DNA of 64,000 nucleotides from Yuukianura sp. NJ FZ-2021 (Eukaryota): NCBI GenBank assembly GCA_046563655.1, contig CM102286.1, positions 11,160,001 to 11,224,000 of the forward strand, read 5' to 3'. Shown piece by piece: positions 60,401 to 64,000 of this stretch (position 1 is its first letter; each line of letters starts with the position of its first letter). The notes under the pieces were generated by a model. It saw only the letters and a program-made list of their open reading frames with translations, ran no database searches and was not told where the DNA came from. The position numbers and the translations under genes were made by a program.

Positions 60401-63400
60401 AGAACAACGTGTTAAAAGAACAGGAAATGCGATTCTTGTTGCAGGTCGTTCAGTTTTCCGTCTCAAAATTTTCCGGATTTTACATTTCAGAAATGGAGTT
60501 TTGTTTTGTTCGATTTGACTAAAATTTCTGAATGCTGTTTTTCATTTTCACAATTTAAGTAGCCCGATGTTTTTTAGGCTGAAATATATAGGTTGATGAT
60601 TAAAGCCTACGACTGTGCAAAAATGGCAAAAGAGAGTTTTAATTCAAGCAAAAATTACAAATAAGGCGGTTTTTTTCAATGGCTTTCTTCTGGAGATTGG
60701 AGAGCCATCCGGTTCTTCCTGTACGGTTTCATCTTTGAGGCTTTATGACATTGCTGAGATATAACAGATTGACAAGGAATAGTTATTCACCTCTCATCCT
60801 TTTCCGTATTGAAAGTAAGTGAAGAAGGGAAGTGAAAGTGAGGGGAAAGTACGGATTTTTCCTGTCGATTTCATTCTTCCCTCGACTTTTGAGGATCCGA
60901 AAGACAGACTTAGGAAGACGAGCTCACTGGAGGTCTTCTTCACTTGAGCTCTTTTCTCAGGAGACTCGTTTCGCTTCTTGTGACTTGGACTTTTGATCTG
61001 AAGATGAGAGACTCATGAATGGGCAGGTTGAGGGCGGGTTAGGTCCCACTTTTGATTCGAATCTTCTTCCTCTCTCCATCTTCACTATCTTCACCAACTT
61101 GTAGTTACTTCAACCTACAGGCGTATTCACTCTTTAAGTCAACCTTATTGACTCCTTTGACTTACATTATTCCATCGACAGATTCTCACCACCTTTCGTT
61201 TGACCTGTCACAATCTATACATCGGCCAAATCGTAGCCTATTTTATTTGAAGTAAGGCATTTGCTCGCCAATATTCGCGCTTCGCTATTTATGCGCCAAT
61301 ATTCGCGCTTTCACTTGCCAAACCGTTTTTGTTGCATTTTTTTTTCAAGAGCAGAAGAATGTACACGCCGAATGACCTACACTCTTTGCCAATAGCTTTG
61401 AAAATGTCGAAGCATTTCGCTCTTTTCAACATTAAACCGAAATAAAGTTATAGTGTGGAATGGTGAATAGGAAACTCAACAACTGTCAGACGACCAAAAT
61501 CATATGAAGCTTGAAAATGCGTGGTACGGTGGTTAAACCAAGTCGAAAAGTTTTGAATTCAGATAGAATGTGTTAGTTTTGTGGTTTTAGTAAATTTGGC
61601 GCCAGATTGAAAACAACGCATCATGCGTGTAAAACCTTTGATGCAATAAGAGGCATGTCCATAACTTTTGTTTGAACAGTTTTGGCTCATAACCTAACCG
61701 TAGAACTGTTAATTAGTTTGTCCATTATCCTCACGTCTGTGGCTCCACAGAGGCAGAGAAAGTCCTCTTCCCTATCACTATTTTTGATCTAGGGGAATGT
61801 TGATGTGAGTGGGATTTGATGGCTGGAGAACATGCCAAGTCCAGCGTCCAAGCCCTCCAGCTTTCTATCGATCAACTTAATGTGTCAACAGAATAATAGG
61901 TCCCTTTGTTCCCTAACCAATTCACTCCGCCAAACGCCCCACCCACACACTCACAAACAGACGGTGGCTATGATGACATGATGGATCCAAACCCACCCAC
62001 TTGTTTCAATCAATCCTAAAAAGTTGGACTTTTGCTCAAAATCAAATGACTTCCTGCTCATCTTCAGCCAAGAAAAAATTGAAGCAGGTTATCATCAAAG
62101 CTAAGCAAAATAATCTAAGCAAACCAAAATCTAAGCCAAACCACAACTAAAAACTATTTTTAAGCTAAAAAGTTAACCCAAAACTATAAACAATTTTTGT
62201 GGCTAAGATTAGCATTTTAAAGTTTAGTTAAAGTTAAAATTTAAAGTTAAAGGTCAAGTTTAATTTAATACAACTAATCTTAATTGTAATTACTTAATTA
62301 TTTTTAGATTTTGTTTTCCCAGAATGTTGATGCTTATGGCAGGAAACCATCAACATTGTTGCTAAAAGTTTAGCAATCTCTGAAAAGTCGGCGAACACTT
62401 TACAGTTTCCATTGAATTGAAAGCTTTTGCGAAATTTGATATCTCTGCCCCGCGGGCATCAGTCGAGCAAACCACTCTCTGTTCCATTGCCCAAGACTTT
62501 AGAAACAGAACTTTGAAAAGCGAAGTAATCCTTATTCACTGTTCCCATAGTTTTGTTGTGGAAGTCCCTTGGCACTGGAAGATGAGACTTCTCCTAAATT
62601 AAATTCCATAGTTGATTAATTACTGCCATTGACTTAAGCCTAAGTCCCTCGTCTTTCAAAGTCCCCTTGGACTTGTTCAAACTGAAGTCTCTTAAGCCTC
62701 ATCTTACTAAACTCTCTTCTGGATCATAATCACTCGCAAGATGAGCCCTCACTTTCCCCAATACTTTAAAATTCTCCTTGTTTGAACTCCCAAGTTTACT
62801 TCACATGCTCAATTTGATGAATAACTCAAAAAGCAGAATTGAAACTATCGTAACAAAGTTTTGAGCTTGGTTTTATTCTTTGATGTTGCAGGTCGCCTGG
62901 GTTCATATCGACCGCAGAATGATTCTTACGATACACAAACACATTGTTACCAAAATCCCAAGGTTCACTGTTTCCTATGACTCGCATAAAACTTGGTTAC
63001 TTCATGTCAACTCAATTCAGCCAGAGGACAAAGGTTACTACATGTGTCAGGTACGAAACTTACATTGGTTAAATTTCTTTTACATAACATGTAATAAAAA
63101 ACGCATGTCAAGGAACAAAAGAGTTTCACCTAAAAATTACATGTTACAAAAAGAAAAAAAAAGGAAAACAAGCTAATTTGAGTGAAAGCATAAGAAAATG
63201 GTTAATTTAGGCCAATTTTATTATTTGTAGGTTTTAGACCTATTGTTGCTTCCGTGTCAAAATGCACAAAAATGTTAACGAAGCGTGGCATAATTTGCGT
63301 AATTTGTTTTTAGGTCAACACGGAACCAATGATTTCACAAGTGGGATATTTGCAAGTGGTGGGTAAGTTGGAATCACTTTCTGCTCCAAACAAAAGTTGC

Positions 63401-63785
63401 GTCTGACGAATCCACTGAAGCCTGAATTATTGAGACATGGAATGTGCCAGGACCCCGACCTTGGAATTCCCTTAGCTCCGAACTGTAAACTTGCGTTGGG
63501 CGTGAAGTGGAATGGAAATGAGGATTGATTATTGATCGAATTGTAGTTTGTAGCCCCTCCAACTGACTTCCACTTCCCAATTCGCCTCCTGTTGTTTTGT
63601 TGATTTAACTTTGTTTTCTCCAGTTCCTCCGAATATTCTGGATGACGACAGTTCAGAGTCCCATGTGGCAGTGCGTGAACATCAAAATATCACACTGAGC
63701 TGCAAAGCTGAAGGATTCCCTGAACCACGCATCACTTGGAGACGGGAAGATGGCAAGGAATTTGCGGTGGATCGAAGGAAGAAAG
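42440..63785 (+). CDS. DIP (Dpr-interacting protein)/lachesin-like Ig-superfamily cell-surface protein, 5' partial; exons ~42440-42650, 58945-59051, 62892-63050, 63314-63362, 63624-63785
   Basis: PKFGEPIPNVTVAVGRDASLPCVVEHLGNHK|VAWVHID..ILTIH..WLLHVNSIQPEDKGYYMCQ|VNTEPMISQVGYLQVV|VPPNILD..ITLSCKAEGFPEPRITWRREDG. Splice phases are consistent. The first exon (hydrophobic VLILAICQLATVLSQ, phase-1 GTAAGT donor) is less certain. Confidence 0.85.
47009..47644. mobile_element. Foldback/Mutator-like MITE with TIRs built from GATCAGAA/GGTCAAAA subrepeats
   Basis: ~200 bp inverted arms, 9 bp TSD CCCAATTCC (47000-47008 and 47645-47653), core CCTAAC..CGCGCCTTCGGCGCGGGAAAA. Confidence 0.9.
52456..52670. 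mobile_element. Small MITE with ~75 bp TIRs
   Basis: AGTCGGGCTATTTTCAAGATCCG..GTTTTCTGTGGTT..AATACAACTCTCACTTCATGG is mirrored at ~52597-52670. Confidence 0.8.
55876..56171. repeat. ~85 bp direct duplication flanking a ~125 bp insert
   Basis: TGAAAACTGAAAAAAAAATACAAAATTAGAATCTTG...GGAAGATAGAGCAGG occurs at ~55877-55961 and again at ~56087-56171. Confidence 0.85.
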
Positions 63786-64000
63786 GTAAAGTCAACAATA
63801 GGAACAAGACTTAACTTCCACCCTTGTCGCAGTCACCCCTTTCGTATGTCACAAAATCCGTACAAGGCCAACAGATTCATACAACAATTGCATGCTCATT
63901 TTTACGCTAACAAAATCGCATCAATTTTTTGAAACCCATCCACCAAGGAATTTGCATTGCCTTACTTTATATTGCAACAGCAAGGGTGTTTAAATCCAAA

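Overview
AT-rich eukaryotic DNA with short GT-AG introns. It is probably from a soil arthropod (springtail-like), but the taxon is inferred, not verified. Left to right: (1) an intron-containing Xi-class GST / glutathionyl-hydroquinone reductase, a family typical of bacteria, fungi and plants. (2) Three apparently intact, signal-peptide-bearing type-3 copper (hemocyanin/prophenoloxidase-superfamily) genes, plus a pseudogene left by a tandem segmental duplication. (3) The pseudogene is split by a ~15.9 kb insertion (6018-21930). It holds a multi-exon gene, invisible as a whole in the ORF track, for a probably secreted precursor of tandem 6-Cys defensin/scorpion-toxin/NCR-like modules. It also holds a 22 x 255 bp satellite between Helentron/HINE-like ends, a second HINE-like element with 289 bp repeats, a SINE and several MITEs. 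(4) Two tandem membrane-anchored carboxylesterases. (5) A mitochondrial-type aldehyde dehydrogenase. (6) The 5' part of a large-intron DIP/lachesin-like Ig-superfamily gene running off the window. All exon models were assembled by eye and need transcript confirmation.
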